Origin: an uncultured Flavobacteriales bacterium
GTDB taxonomy: Bacteria > Bacteroidota > Bacteroidia > Flavobacteriales > UBA7312
DNA: 41,097 nt
Direction of reading: 5' to 3'
Assembly (NCBI GenBank): GCA_964003875.1
Contig: CAXFLH010000003.1
Location: 1 to 41,097, forward strand
In this document: piece by piece, positions 1 to 8,745 of the stretch
Layout of the letters: the number at the start of each line of letters is the position of its first letter
Position numbering within the stretch: the first letter of the stretch is position 1
The notes under the pieces: model-generated
Databases searched by the model: none
What the model was told of the DNA's origin: nothing
The model's input: the letters and a program-made list of their open reading frames with translations, nothing else
Made by a program: the position numbers and the translations under genes

Positions 1-129
1 AAAACTAATATGAAGATAGAATTAGGTCTAACTAACAGGTCCTTGAGTGATAGAAATACCTCCGATGACAATCAGTACCTTTTCTTTTCATTCAAAACCG
101 ATTTGCAGAATATTTACTACGATTTTTAG
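1..129 (+). CDS. 3' end of an outer-membrane protein, probably gliding motility protein RemB-like (partial)
   Basis: Frame 1 is open from base 1 to TAG at 127-129 and reads KTNMKIELGL...YLFFSFKTDLQNIYYDF. The aromatic C-terminus resembles RemB, and from recall remB commonly precedes cyoE in Flavobacteria. Not in the ORF track. Confidence 0.6.
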   Translation, partial: KTNMKIELGLTNRSLSDRNTSDDNQYLFFSFKTDLQNIYYDF

Positions 130-222
130 ATTAACTCTAAATTGAAAATTTTGCTAAATATTTAGCAAATAAAGCCTATGAAAATATAAAAAGTGGTAAA
201 TTTATACCCTAGATAAAAATGG

Positions 223-1119
223 ATGATTTTTATCTTAAAATGTTCAAAATCAAACACTTATAAATTGTCCATAAACGATATTTTACAGCTTTCAAAAATT
301 AGACTGACTACGAGTGTGGTCTTTTCTGCCATTTCGGGCTATTTTATTGCTGGAGGAATATTCCAATCTTTTGATTTAATAGCTTTGGTTTTGGGTGGTT
401 TTTTGGTCGTAGCATCTTCTAACGGTATCAATCAAGTTATCGAAAAAGACTTTGATAAATTGATGAAACGAACTGAAGACAGGCCGTTGCCAAAACAAAG
501 AATGACTACCAATCAAGCACTAATATTGTCATTAGCGATGGGCCTTGTTGGCGTGTTTTTCTTATTTTCAATTAATTTTTACTCTGGGTTTTTCGGATCG
601 CTTTCGGTACTCTTGTATGTGTTAGCTTACACACCCTTAAAACGGATTTCATCCTTCTCTGTATTTGTGGGAGCATTTCCTGGAGCTATTCCTTTTATGT
701 TAGGTTGGGTGGCAGTTACTAACGATTTTGCTATTGAAGCAGGTATCCTTTTTGCTATACAATTTATCTGGCAGTTTCCACATTTTTGGGCTATTGCTTG
801 GGTTTCTGACGAAGACTATACCAAAGCAGGTTTCAAAATGCTTCCTGGTGAGAAAGGAAAGGCTACCGCTTTCAAAACATTGATTTACACCTTATTTTTA
901 ATTCCCTTATCCATATTACCCATTTTTGGATTTGCTGGGAAATTAGAACTTTCATTATTAGCCTGTTTATTGGTAGTGATTTTGGGCTTATGGTTTTTTA
1001 CAAAGTCCGTAATGTTATTCAAAACACTCTCCGACCCAGATGCCAAGAAGCTCATGTTTGCTTCCTTCATATACCTTCCTTTATTACAATTAATTTACGT
1101 TATCGATAAACTATTATGA
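223..1119 (+). CDS. cyoE: Protoheme IX farnesyltransferase (heme o synthase); true start may be slightly downstream
   Basis: UbiA-family motifs NQVIEKDFDKLMKRTEDRPLP, YTPLKR, GAFPGAIP and WQFPHFWAI; multiple TM helices. Confidence 0.97.
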   Translation: MIFILKCSKSNTYKLSINDILQLSKIRLTTSVVFSAISGYFIAGGIFQSFDLIALVLGGFLVVASSNGINQVIEKDFDKLMKRTEDRPLPKQRMTTNQALILSLAMGLVGVFFLFSINFYSGFFGSLSVLLYVLAYTPLKRISSFSVFVGAFPGAIPFMLGWVAVTNDFAIEAGILFAIQFIWQFPHFWAIAWVSDEDYTKAGFKMLPGEKGKATAFKTLIYTLFLIPLSILPIFGFAGKLELSLLACLLVVILGLWFFTKSVMLFKTLSDPDAKKLMFASFIYLPLLQLIYVIDKLL

Positions 1120-1682
1120 CAACATTTAAAGAACAAAAAAAGAAGTCAGCTAAGCCACTATTATGGATATCTATGATAAGTATGTCCATGGTTTTTGCTG
1201 GTTTAACAAGTGCCTTAGTGGTAAGAAAAGCTGAAGGAAATTGGTTAGTTTTTGATTATCCGATTTGGTTTTATATCAGCACAGCGCTTATCACACTTTC
1301 TAGCTTTACTATGAATTGGGCGAAAAATAACGTAAAGAAAGATAATCTTGAGATGGCACAGAAAGGCTTTCTATGGACTTTAGCATTAGGCTTATGTTTT
1401 GCCTTTTCGCAGTACCTTACCTGGGGAGCTTTGTATAATGAAGGCGTTTATTTTACAGGGCCTGGCAGTAATGCTTCGGGCTCTTTTCTTTATGTCCTAA
1501 CTTTATTGCACTTATTGCACTTGGCAGGAGGAATAATTGCCTTGTTAATTACGACTTACAAAGCTAAAACAGGAGCTTACTCTAGTCAAAATTTTTTAGG
1601 TGTAGAGCTGTGTGCTATTTTTTGGCACTTTTTAGATTTTTTATGGCTTTATTTGTTCCTATTTTTACTATATATTCACTAA
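1116..1682 (+). CDS. Cytochrome c oxidase subunit III family (first copy)
   Basis: HLLHLAGG and FWHFLDFLW motifs; overlaps cyoE by 4 nt. Confidence 0.93.
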   Translation: MTTFKEQKKKSAKPLLWISMISMSMVFAGLTSALVVRKAEGNWLVFDYPIWFYISTALITLSSFTMNWAKNNVKKDNLEMAQKGFLWTLALGLCFAFSQYLTWGALYNEGVYFTGPGSNASGSFLYVLTLLHLLHLAGGIIALLITTYKAKTGAYSSQNFLGVELCAIFWHFLDFLWLYLFLFLLYIH

Positions 1683-1710
1683 TATTGCAAAACTTTTCAA
1701 ACCTAGAAAA

Positions 1711-2607
1711 ATGGCAGACATTACAACAAATGAAAACAAAGCTTGGGCTGGAGGAGATATTCCTTTCAAAGCAAGTTATGGCAAACTGATGATGTGGTTT
1801 TTCCTAGTCTCAGATGCACTTACTTTCTCAGGATTCTTGTGCGCTTACGGATTTATGCGTTTCAAATATGCCCATGTATGGCCCGTAGCTGATGAAGTCT
1901 TTACTCATTTCCCATTTTTAAAAGGAGAATATCCTATGTTATTTGTTGCATTAATGACATTCATTTTAATTATGAGTTCTGTAACAATGGTACTTGCGGT
2001 TAATGAAGGTCATAAAAACAACAAGAACAAAGTGATTTTATGGCTTGGATTAACAATTGTTGGAGGTTTTATCTTCCTTGGCTCACAAGCGTGGGAGTGG
2101 GGACACTTTATTCACGGAGACAAAGGCGGTATAGAATTAGCAAACCACGATATAGTACATGTTGTTGATTCCGATGCTCATTTTTATTCTATTTATGATT
2201 TAGTTGGCGTAGACTCCTATGCCGATGACGTTAATATTACTATCGATGATGTCAAAGGGGCATTGATGGCAGATAGTCAATACGGCATCAGATTAGCTGA
2301 TAAGTCTGTCGTTAGTGGAGAAGCAGCAATGGCTTATTTGAATAATGCCGAAGTTGTACTTGGGGCCAACCTTGTAAGAAATGAATATGGACACCAATTA
2401 TTCGCTAATTTCTTTTACTTCATTACTGGTTTTCACGGATTTCACGTATTTAGTGGTGTAGTGATACTCATTGTAATTTTTATCAACGTAATTAAAGGAA
2501 CATACGAAAGGAGAGGGCACTATGAAATGGTTGAGAAAGTAGGTCTATATTGGCACTTTGTGGATTTGGTATGGGTATTCGTATTTACCTTCTTCTATTT
2601 AGTATAA
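1711..2607 (+). CDS. Cytochrome c oxidase subunit III family (second copy, with soluble insert)
   Basis: KLMMWFFLVSDALTF, TGFHGFHV and GLYWHFVDLVWVFVFTFFYL. Confidence 0.95.
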   Translation: MADITTNENKAWAGGDIPFKASYGKLMMWFFLVSDALTFSGFLCAYGFMRFKYAHVWPVADEVFTHFPFLKGEYPMLFVALMTFILIMSSVTMVLAVNEGHKNNKNKVILWLGLTIVGGFIFLGSQAWEWGHFIHGDKGGIELANHDIVHVVDSDAHFYSIYDLVGVDSYADDVNITIDDVKGALMADSQYGIRLADKSVVSGEAAMAYLNNAEVVLGANLVRNEYGHQLFANFFYFITGFHGFHVFSGVVILIVIFINVIKGTYERRGHYEMVEKVGLYWHFVDLVWVFVFTFFYLV

Positions 2608-2631
2608 ACAAACAATTTAAACAGATATATT

Positions 2632-2949
2632 ATGTCAGAGCAAACAGGAACCTGGTGGATTTGGAGAGTATTTTGGATTCTATTAATCGTTACAGCTATT
2701 GAGGTTATTTTAGGTATTATCAAACCGGCAGTACTTATCGACAATTCCTTTTTAGGAACAACACTGTTGAATCTTATTTTTATTATTCTTACTATAATAA
2801 AGGCAGCTTACATTGTAATGGAGTTTATGCACTTAGGACAAGAAGTTAAAGGTTTGAAACTCTCGATTCTTTTACCAGCAGTCGTATTAATTCCTTACCT
2901 TATGTTTATTCTTTTAACAGAGGGTCATTATATTTTCGGAACACTTTAG
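2632..2949 (+). CDS. Cytochrome c oxidase subunit IV family protein
   Basis: Three TM helices, KAAYIVMEFMHL motif, operon position. Confidence 0.9.
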   Translation: MSEQTGTWWIWRVFWILLIVTAIEVILGIIKPAVLIDNSFLGTTLLNLIFIILTIIKAAYIVMEFMHLGQEVKGLKLSILLPAVVLIPYLMFILLTEGHYIFGTL

Positions 2950-2952
2950 CAA

Positions 2953-3639
2953 ATGAAGAAGTATAAAGGTTTATTAGCAATTTTAATTCTTGTTTTACCT
3001 ACTGCCATTTATATTTTTTTGACCTATGGTAAACATAACTTCACGCATTTACCTTATGTAGGTCCACAGACCGATTCTACTTATCACAGTATTCCAGACT
3101 TTGCCTTTGTCAATCAGTTTAACGATACTATCAGTCAGTCCGATTACGAAGGGAATATCTACTTAGCGAATTTTGTTTTTACGACTTGCCCAACTATATG
3201 TCCTGTAATGACATACAATATGCGCAGAGTACAGCAAAAGATGGCGCAATACCCTAATTTTAAGATATTGTCACATACTGTATTTCCCGAATACGATACG
3301 CCGGAGGTCCTCTTAGAATACGCCAACAAGATGGAAGCCGATTTATCCAATTGGAATTTTGTAACAGGAAATAGAGAAGACATTTATTCCATTGCCAATT
3401 CTTATTTTGTTAATGTAATGGAAGACAGCACAGCCCAAGGAGGTTTTCTTCACTCTGAATACTTTGTATTAGTAGATAAAGAAGGTCGTATCCGAGCTAG
3501 AGATGATGATAATGGTAACAACATAGGTGTTTATGATGGCACTGACGATTACGAAGTTGGACTATTGATTGATGACATTAAGGTTTTGATGGCAGAATAT
3601 AATTTAGCAAAGAAAGATAAGAATGAATCAAAACGATAA
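2953..3639 (+). CDS. SCO1/SenC copper chaperone
   Basis: FTTCPTICP (CxxxC), DTPEVL and conserved His in FLHSEYFVLVD. Confidence 0.95.
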   Translation: MKKYKGLLAILILVLPTAIYIFLTYGKHNFTHLPYVGPQTDSTYHSIPDFAFVNQFNDTISQSDYEGNIYLANFVFTTCPTICPVMTYNMRRVQQKMAQYPNFKILSHTVFPEYDTPEVLLEYANKMEADLSNWNFVTGNREDIYSIANSYFVNVMEDSTAQGGFLHSEYFVLVDKEGRIRARDDDNGNNIGVYDGTDDYEVGLLIDDIKVLMAEYNLAKKDKNESKR

Positions 3640-4159
3640 ATTCTATATTCCATTGATAGTAGCTTTATCGGTTATTATTCCTTTGGCAGTTGCAGGGTTA
3701 ATGTTTTTACCTGACGATTTACGCCTTTCTTTTGGTGGTGCTGATTTACGTTCTTTACCGTTTTTTCATGCTGTACTGAATGGCTCAACCGCTGTTTTAT
3801 TGTTGGTAGGTTTTGTTTGGATTAAGAATAAAAAGATTGCCTTACACCGTATTGCTATGATGAGTGCATTTATCTTATCGGCAGTATTTTTGGTGTCTTA
3901 TGTGATTTCAAAGTTGTCCAATGCACCAACGCCTTATGGTGGTGAAGGCTGGTTAAGACCGACTTATTTCTTTATACTTGTTTCGCACATTATACTTTCC
4001 ATTCCTGTACTTCCTTTAGCGTTATTAGCGATTTATAGAGGAGTTACTGGCGAATTCCAAAAGCATGTAAAAATCGTAAAATGGACATTTCCTATTTGGA
4101 TGTATGTGGCTATTACTGGAGTACTTGTCTATATTTTTATGATGCCATATTATGCTTAA
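3623..4159 (+). CDS. DUF420 membrane protein (CtaM/YozB-like oxidase assembly factor)
   Basis: HAVLNG, HRIAM, FLVSYV, HIILS and PIWMYVAITGV motifs. Confidence 0.92.
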   Translation: MNQNDKFYIPLIVALSVIIPLAVAGLMFLPDDLRLSFGGADLRSLPFFHAVLNGSTAVLLLVGFVWIKNKKIALHRIAMMSAFILSAVFLVSYVISKLSNAPTPYGGEGWLRPTYFFILVSHIILSIPVLPLALLAIYRGVTGEFQKHVKIVKWTFPIWMYVAITGVLVYIFMMPYYA

Positions 4160-4164
4160 ATTTG
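4157..4164 (+). promoter_or_regulatory. Bacteroidota -7 promoter element TAnnTTTG
   Basis: TAAATTTG, 5 nt before the ATG at 4170. Confidence 0.55.
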
Positions 4165-4169
4165 TACCT

Positions 4170-4394
4170 ATGAAACACTTCACTTTTATCGTATTATTTT
4201 TAGTAACTCTGATGAATCAAGCTTACGCTCAGTGTGCTATGTGTAAATCGGTTGTAGAAAGCAATATCGATGGAGGTAGTGCCATAGGCTCAGGCTTGAA
4301 CGATGGTATATTATATCTTATGGCGATGCCTTATTTGGCTTTGGCAATAGTCGCTTTTGCTTGGATGCGATACAATAAACGCCTCAAAGCATAG
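4170..4394 (+). CDS. Small conserved Bacteroidota membrane protein (AQCAMC type)
   Basis: Signal peptide, AQCAMCKS, GLNDGILYLMAMPY TM segment; ATG at 4170 follows a -7 element. Confidence 0.8.
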   Translation: MKHFTFIVLFLVTLMNQAYAQCAMCKSVVESNIDGGSAIGSGLNDGILYLMAMPYLALAIVAFAWMRYNKRLKA

Positions 4395-4409
4395 TTAACC
4401 AAATAACTA

Positions 4410-4417
4410 TATCTTTG
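4410..4417 (+). promoter_or_regulatory. Bacteroidota -7 promoter element TAnnTTTG
   Basis: TATCTTTG, 5 nt before the TolC ATG. Confidence 0.6.
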
Positions 4418-4422
4418 ATGGT

Positions 4423-5778
4423 ATGAAAAGAATCCTTATTCTTATTTGTTTTGTTTTTGCTACGGCTAGTATTTATGCCCAAAAGCAATGGACTTTAGAA
4501 GATTGTCTGCGCTATGCACAAGACAATAATATTACGATTAAAAAAGCCTTTCTAAATACCGAAATTAATAAGCAAAATCATTTTCAATCTAAAATGGCCT
4601 TATTGCCTAACTTGAATGCTAGTCTTTCAAACAACACCAATTTTGGACGTAACATAGATCCTGTAACTAATCAAATAACGATTGATAGAGTACGCAATAA
4701 TAATTTCAGTTTGAGCTCATCAGTAACACTTTTCAATGGTTTTCAGAGCATCAATAACATCAGAAAAAATAATTTTGATTATTTGTCATCGAAATACGAT
4801 GCTGAAAAAATAGCCAACGATATATCGGTAAATATTGTAACAGCCTATTTGCAATTGCTATACAATACGGATTTGGTAGAAGTCAGTCAGCAAAAGGTTG
4901 ATGTTTCAGAACTGCAAGTAGAACGCATTTCCAAGATGGTAGAAGTGGGTAGTTTGCCTAAAGGTGATTTGCTCAATACCGAATCTCAAAAAGCCCAAGA
5001 AGAGTTGCAACTCATCAACGCTCAAAATCAAAGAGATATCGCTAAATTGAATTTAATGCAGCTATTGGATTTGTCGGTTTCCGAATCCTTTGATATTGTT
5101 CAGTTGGAGGTTGATGTCGATGAAAATTACATTACAGTTGACAATCAAGCGGTATATACTCTAGCTTTAGAAAATTTACCAGACGTAAAAAGTGCCGAGA
5201 CTAAGCTCAAAAGCTCTGAACGTTCCTTAGCCATATCACAAGGAGCTAGGAGTCCACGTTTGAGCCTATCGGCTAGTGTAGGAACTTTGTATTCTGATGC
5301 CAATAAACGCTTAGTTTACGATTCTTTAGGAGCTATACCAACTCCTCAAGACTATCCTTTTGAAGATCAATTTAACGACAACGTTAGTCAAGCTATCAGT
5401 TTGAGTTTGAGTATTCCCATTTTTAATAATTGGCAAGCCAACTCATCTATTAGCCGAGCCAAGATAGGAGTCTTACAAGCCCAATACAGTTTGCAGGAGG
5501 CTAAAAACAATTTGAGAAAAACCATAGAACAAGCTCAGAACGATGCTCGTTCGGCACAAAAAAAATACATAGCAAGTAAAAAGTCCGTGGCATATCAAGA
5601 AGAGTCTTTCCAATATACTCAGAACAAGTACGACTTGCAGTTGGTCAATTCTTACGATTATAACAACGCTAAAAACACACTTTTCAAGGCTGAAACCGAT
5701 TTGTTGCAGTCCAAATACGATTACCTATTTAAAACCAAGATGTTGGACTTTTATATGGGCAAACCCCTTACATTTTAA
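4423..5778 (+). CDS. TolC family outer-membrane efflux protein
   Basis: Signal peptide, WTLEDCLRYAQDNN, two OEP repeats (LLPNL...TLFNG; SPRL...IPIFNN). Confidence 0.93.
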   Translation: MKRILILICFVFATASIYAQKQWTLEDCLRYAQDNNITIKKAFLNTEINKQNHFQSKMALLPNLNASLSNNTNFGRNIDPVTNQITIDRVRNNNFSLSSSVTLFNGFQSINNIRKNNFDYLSSKYDAEKIANDISVNIVTAYLQLLYNTDLVEVSQQKVDVSELQVERISKMVEVGSLPKGDLLNTESQKAQEELQLINAQNQRDIAKLNLMQLLDLSVSESFDIVQLEVDVDENYITVDNQAVYTLALENLPDVKSAETKLKSSERSLAISQGARSPRLSLSASVGTLYSDANKRLVYDSLGAIPTPQDYPFEDQFNDNVSQAISLSLSIPIFNNWQANSSISRAKIGVLQAQYSLQEAKNNLRKTIEQAQNDARSAQKKYIASKKSVAYQEESFQYTQNKYDLQLVNSYDYNNAKNTLFKAETDLLQSKYDYLFKTKMLDFYMGKPLTF

Positions 5779-5781
5779 CTT

Positions 5782-7071
5782 ATGACAGTATTTATTATTT
5801 TCATTTTAGTTGGCATCGCTTTGTTCTATTTCGGTAGAAAACAAGAAAATCGTTTGATGCGAATTTTTGGTATCTCTTTATTTGCTTTGGGACTACTATT
5901 ACTCATTGCTAAATGGGTAGGTTGGATATCTTCTGAAGACGGTATTAATGTACAAACCACTAATGTGCAAAAGAGAACCATAGTACAAACGGTTTCGGCA
6001 AGTGGTAAGATTCAGCCAGAAGTAGAAGTTAAGATATCGCCTGATGTTTCTGGTGAGATTGTACAACTTTACATAATGGAGGGCGACCAAGTAGAAAAGG
6101 GCGATTTGTTGTTGAAGATAAAGCCTGACACCTACCAATCTATGTTGGAAAGAAGTCAAGCCGCTTTGAACACTTCTAAGTCAGCACTTGCCAAAGCCAA
6201 AGCCCAATTGATAGAGAGTGAAGCTAACTTTAACAGAAACAAATCACTGTACGATAACGGTACTATTTCTAAATCTGAATTTGAAAAAATACAAGCCTCC
6301 TATACTGTTGCTCAGCTCAATGTAGAAGATGGAGAATATGCAGTTAGTAGCGCTCAAGCCTCTTTAAGAGAAGCTCAAGAAAATTTGAATAAGACTAATA
6401 TTTATGCTCCTATTGGTGGTACTATTTCACGCCTCAATGTAGAGTTGGGTGAGCGAGTGGTAGGAACGGCTCAAATGGCAGGAACGGAGTTGTTGCGTTT
6501 GGCTAATTTAAACCGTATGGAAGTAGCCGTTGAGGTTAATGAGAACGATATCAATAGCGTGAGTTTGGGCGATACAGCCCTTATTGAAGTGGACGCTTTT
6601 TTAGGAGAAAAATACAAAGGCTTAGTTTCTGAAATTGCCAATTCGGCTAATGTAACAGGCTCTAGTGCTGACCAAGTGACTAACTTTGAAGTCAAAGTAA
6701 GGATTATAGATTCTGTCAGATTTAGACCCGGTATGACTGCTACTGTGGATATACAATCTGAACGTGCCAAAGACGTATTGTCTTTGCCCATACAAGCCGT
6801 AACAACTCGTAAAGATACAGCTGGGGGAGACGATAAGCTGGAATGTGTCTTTGAAGTGCAAGGTGCTACCGTTAAGATGCTAGTGGTAAAAACGGGGATT
6901 CAAGACGATGAATACATACAGATACTTTCGGGTGTTAGCGATAGTATGTCTGTTGTCAAAGGTCCGTATAGTGCAGTTTCACGATTACTCAATGACGGTT
7001 CATTTATCGTCAATGATGAGTCATCATCTTCCAAAGGCTCAGGCATTTCATTTTCAGTAAGCAGTAACTAA
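5782..7071 (+). CDS. Efflux periplasmic adaptor (HlyD/MacA-like membrane fusion protein)
   Basis: SASGKIQP, ISPDVSGEI, GDQVEKGDLL, coiled coil, IYAPIGGTI and RPGMTA. Confidence 0.93.
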   Translation: MTVFIIFILVGIALFYFGRKQENRLMRIFGISLFALGLLLLIAKWVGWISSEDGINVQTTNVQKRTIVQTVSASGKIQPEVEVKISPDVSGEIVQLYIMEGDQVEKGDLLLKIKPDTYQSMLERSQAALNTSKSALAKAKAQLIESEANFNRNKSLYDNGTISKSEFEKIQASYTVAQLNVEDGEYAVSSAQASLREAQENLNKTNIYAPIGGTISRLNVELGERVVGTAQMAGTELLRLANLNRMEVAVEVNENDINSVSLGDTALIEVDAFLGEKYKGLVSEIANSANVTGSSADQVTNFEVKVRIIDSVRFRPGMTATVDIQSERAKDVLSLPIQAVTTRKDTAGGDDKLECVFEVQGATVKMLVVKTGIQDDEYIQILSGVSDSMSVVKGPYSAVSRLLNDGSFIVNDESSSSKGSGISFSVSSN

Positions 7072-7072
7072 T

Positions 7073-7741
7073 ATGGCTTGGATACTATGCATAGAAACAG
7101 CTACTAAAAGCTGTTCGGTAGCTTTAGCTAAGGACGGTCACTTAGTGGCTGTCAAAGAAGAAGTTTCAGAACAGTATTCTCATTCCGAACAACTCACCTT
7201 ATTTATAGAACAACTTTTACAACAAGAGGGGCTCAAGGTATCTGACTTGGACGCTATTGCCGTAAGCTCAGGGCCGGGCTCTTATACGGGACTCCGTATA
7301 GGCGTATCTACTGCCAAAGGTTTGTGTTATGCTAGTGATGTGCCTTTGATAGCTGTATCCACTTTGGGTGCTATGGCACAAGCTATGAAAGACAAGTATC
7401 CTGAGGCACAATTGTGCCCTATGCTCGATGCTCGACGTATGGAAGTCTATTGTGCGCTTTATTATAAATCACAAGCTAGTCCAGTAGTGGCAAAAATCAT
7501 AGACCAGGATTCTTTTGCGGAGGAATTGGCACAAAGACCCCTATTATTTTTTGGCGATGGTGCAGACAAATGCCAAGATGTGCTAACACACACTAATGCC
7601 CATTTTGAATTGGGCGTTTACACTTCGGCAGCGAATATGATTCCTTTAGCACAGGACAAATTTCAAAACCAAGACTTTGAAGATGTAGCCTATTTTGAGC
7701 CTTTTTACCTTAAGGACTTTGTGGCGGGAGTGAGGAAGTAA
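7073..7741 (+). CDS. tsaB: tRNA threonylcarbamoyladenosine biosynthesis protein TsaB
   Basis: IETATKSCSVAL, GPGSYTGLRIG, DARRMEVY and FEPFYLK. Confidence 0.97.
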   Translation: MAWILCIETATKSCSVALAKDGHLVAVKEEVSEQYSHSEQLTLFIEQLLQQEGLKVSDLDAIAVSSGPGSYTGLRIGVSTAKGLCYASDVPLIAVSTLGAMAQAMKDKYPEAQLCPMLDARRMEVYCALYYKSQASPVVAKIIDQDSFAEELAQRPLLFFGDGADKCQDVLTHTNAHFELGVYTSAANMIPLAQDKFQNQDFEDVAYFEPFYLKDFVAGVRK

Positions 7742-7755
7742 ACATCTCCGATGAC

Positions 7756-7860
7756 AACACACCCCTAACCCCTCTCAAGAGGGGAGATACTTGGGCTATA
7801 CCTTTTTTACCCCCCCCCTCTTTAGAGGGGAAGTTTTGCAAAGCAAAACAGGGGTGTGTT
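7756..7860. repeat. REP/REPIN-like palindromic element
   Basis: Outer 11-bp inverted repeat AACACACCCCT (7756-7766) / AGGGGTGTGTT (7850-7860). It encloses two CCCCTCT-N2-AGAGGGG hairpins (7769-7784, 7815-7830) and GTTTTGC-AAA-GCAAAAC (7833-7849). Confidence 0.8.
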
Positions 7861-7889
7861 TACATCGCTTTTGTCTAATTTTGTACTTC

Positions 7890-8255
7890 ATGAGTTCATT
7901 CATTATCTATATCGATTCTTGGTGTCCGATGTGTGTACGTTTTGGATCTTGGCTAAAGCGTTTGGATATCTTCAATGGTATCCGTCAAGCCGATATACGC
8001 ACTTATGAAGGCACAGCTATTTCTAAAGAAAAAGGTTTAGCACAACTAGCATCTATCAACAGAAGTTCTCGTATTTTTTACGGTTACGATAGCATTTGGC
8101 AAATCCTAGTCAGACTGCCTATCTTGTGGGTGTTTGTTCCTGTCTTTTATATTTTAAAAGTGAGTCGGCTTGGGCATTGGGCTTATAAGGAATTGGCTAT
8201 TAAGCGTCAGATTATTCCTTTGCATTGTAAAGAAGAAGACTGCCGCCCTAACTAG
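7890..8255 (+). CDS. DCC1-like thiol-disulfide oxidoreductase (DUF393)
   Basis: N-terminal DSWCPMC (DxxCxxC) and C-terminal YKELAIKR. ATG 7890 follows TAATTTTG (7876-7883); the track's start at 7791 runs through the repeat. Confidence 0.88.
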   Translation: MSSFIIYIDSWCPMCVRFGSWLKRLDIFNGIRQADIRTYEGTAISKEKGLAQLASINRSSRIFYGYDSIWQILVRLPILWVFVPVFYILKVSRLGHWAYKELAIKRQIIPLHCKEEDCRPN

Positions 8256-8745
8256 CGTTTTGGGCTTTTTTCATAGCCTTTGCTAGGGCTTGGTGCTCTT
8301 GACTGCCAAACAACACCTTTCTACCGTTGGTCAATTCTATTTGCAAACCTTTATCGCCACTGACGTTGTATGCCTTGCTCTCAAAACCAAAGCGTATGCC
8401 CCAACCCCCAAACTCCTTTATGGGTGAGTAGGTACGGGCTTTATAGCTTTTGATATCTTCAAAGGGAATCAGTCGTTCTTTGATATGTATGGGAAAAAAC
8501 TGATAGTGCAGTCCTTCAGAGCTAACTCTTAGCTTGAGTTTCATGAACCAAAACAATACGGGCAAACCTAAACCAACAAGTAAGGAAAAGGTAATTACAC
8601 CCTCATCGCTGAGTGGTTTATCGCCAATGACATTGCCCATCATAACTTGTTGGTAGATGCCGTACAAGGAAAATGCTGGAAAAAAAAGGATAACTAACCA
8701 AAGTAGTTTTTGTCTAAAATGTTGTTCTTCTTTGAAGTAATTCAT
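8248..8745 (-). CDS. Membrane protein, DUF6141 / PH-like domain family
   Basis: FKEEQHFRQ, two TM helices, [13 protein letters not shown] and [14 protein letters not shown]. Confidence 0.8.
   Translation of the reverse strand: MNYFKEEQHFRQKLLWLVILFFPAFSLYGIYQQVMMGNVIGDKPLSDEGVITFSLLVGLGLPVLFWFMKLKLRVSSEGLHYQFFPIHIKERLIPFEDIKSYKARTYSPIKEFGGWGIRFGFESKAYNVSGDKGLQIELTNGRKVLFGSQEHQALAKAMKKAQNAS

Noticed and set aside
1116-2607. Two cytochrome oxidase subunit III genes, one with a large insert
   Set aside because: Split subunit III with an inserted loop is the normal flavobacterial arrangement.
4423-7071. TolC and adaptor without an inner-membrane pump
   Set aside because: TolC-adaptor-tsaB is a common Bacteroidota arrangement; the ABC/RND component is probably encoded elsewhere.
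7791-7889. N-terminal extension of the DUF393 ORF including a poly-C tract (possible phase variation)
   Set aside because: The tract belongs to the palindromic repeat upstream of the likely promoter and ATG at 7890, so it is not coding.
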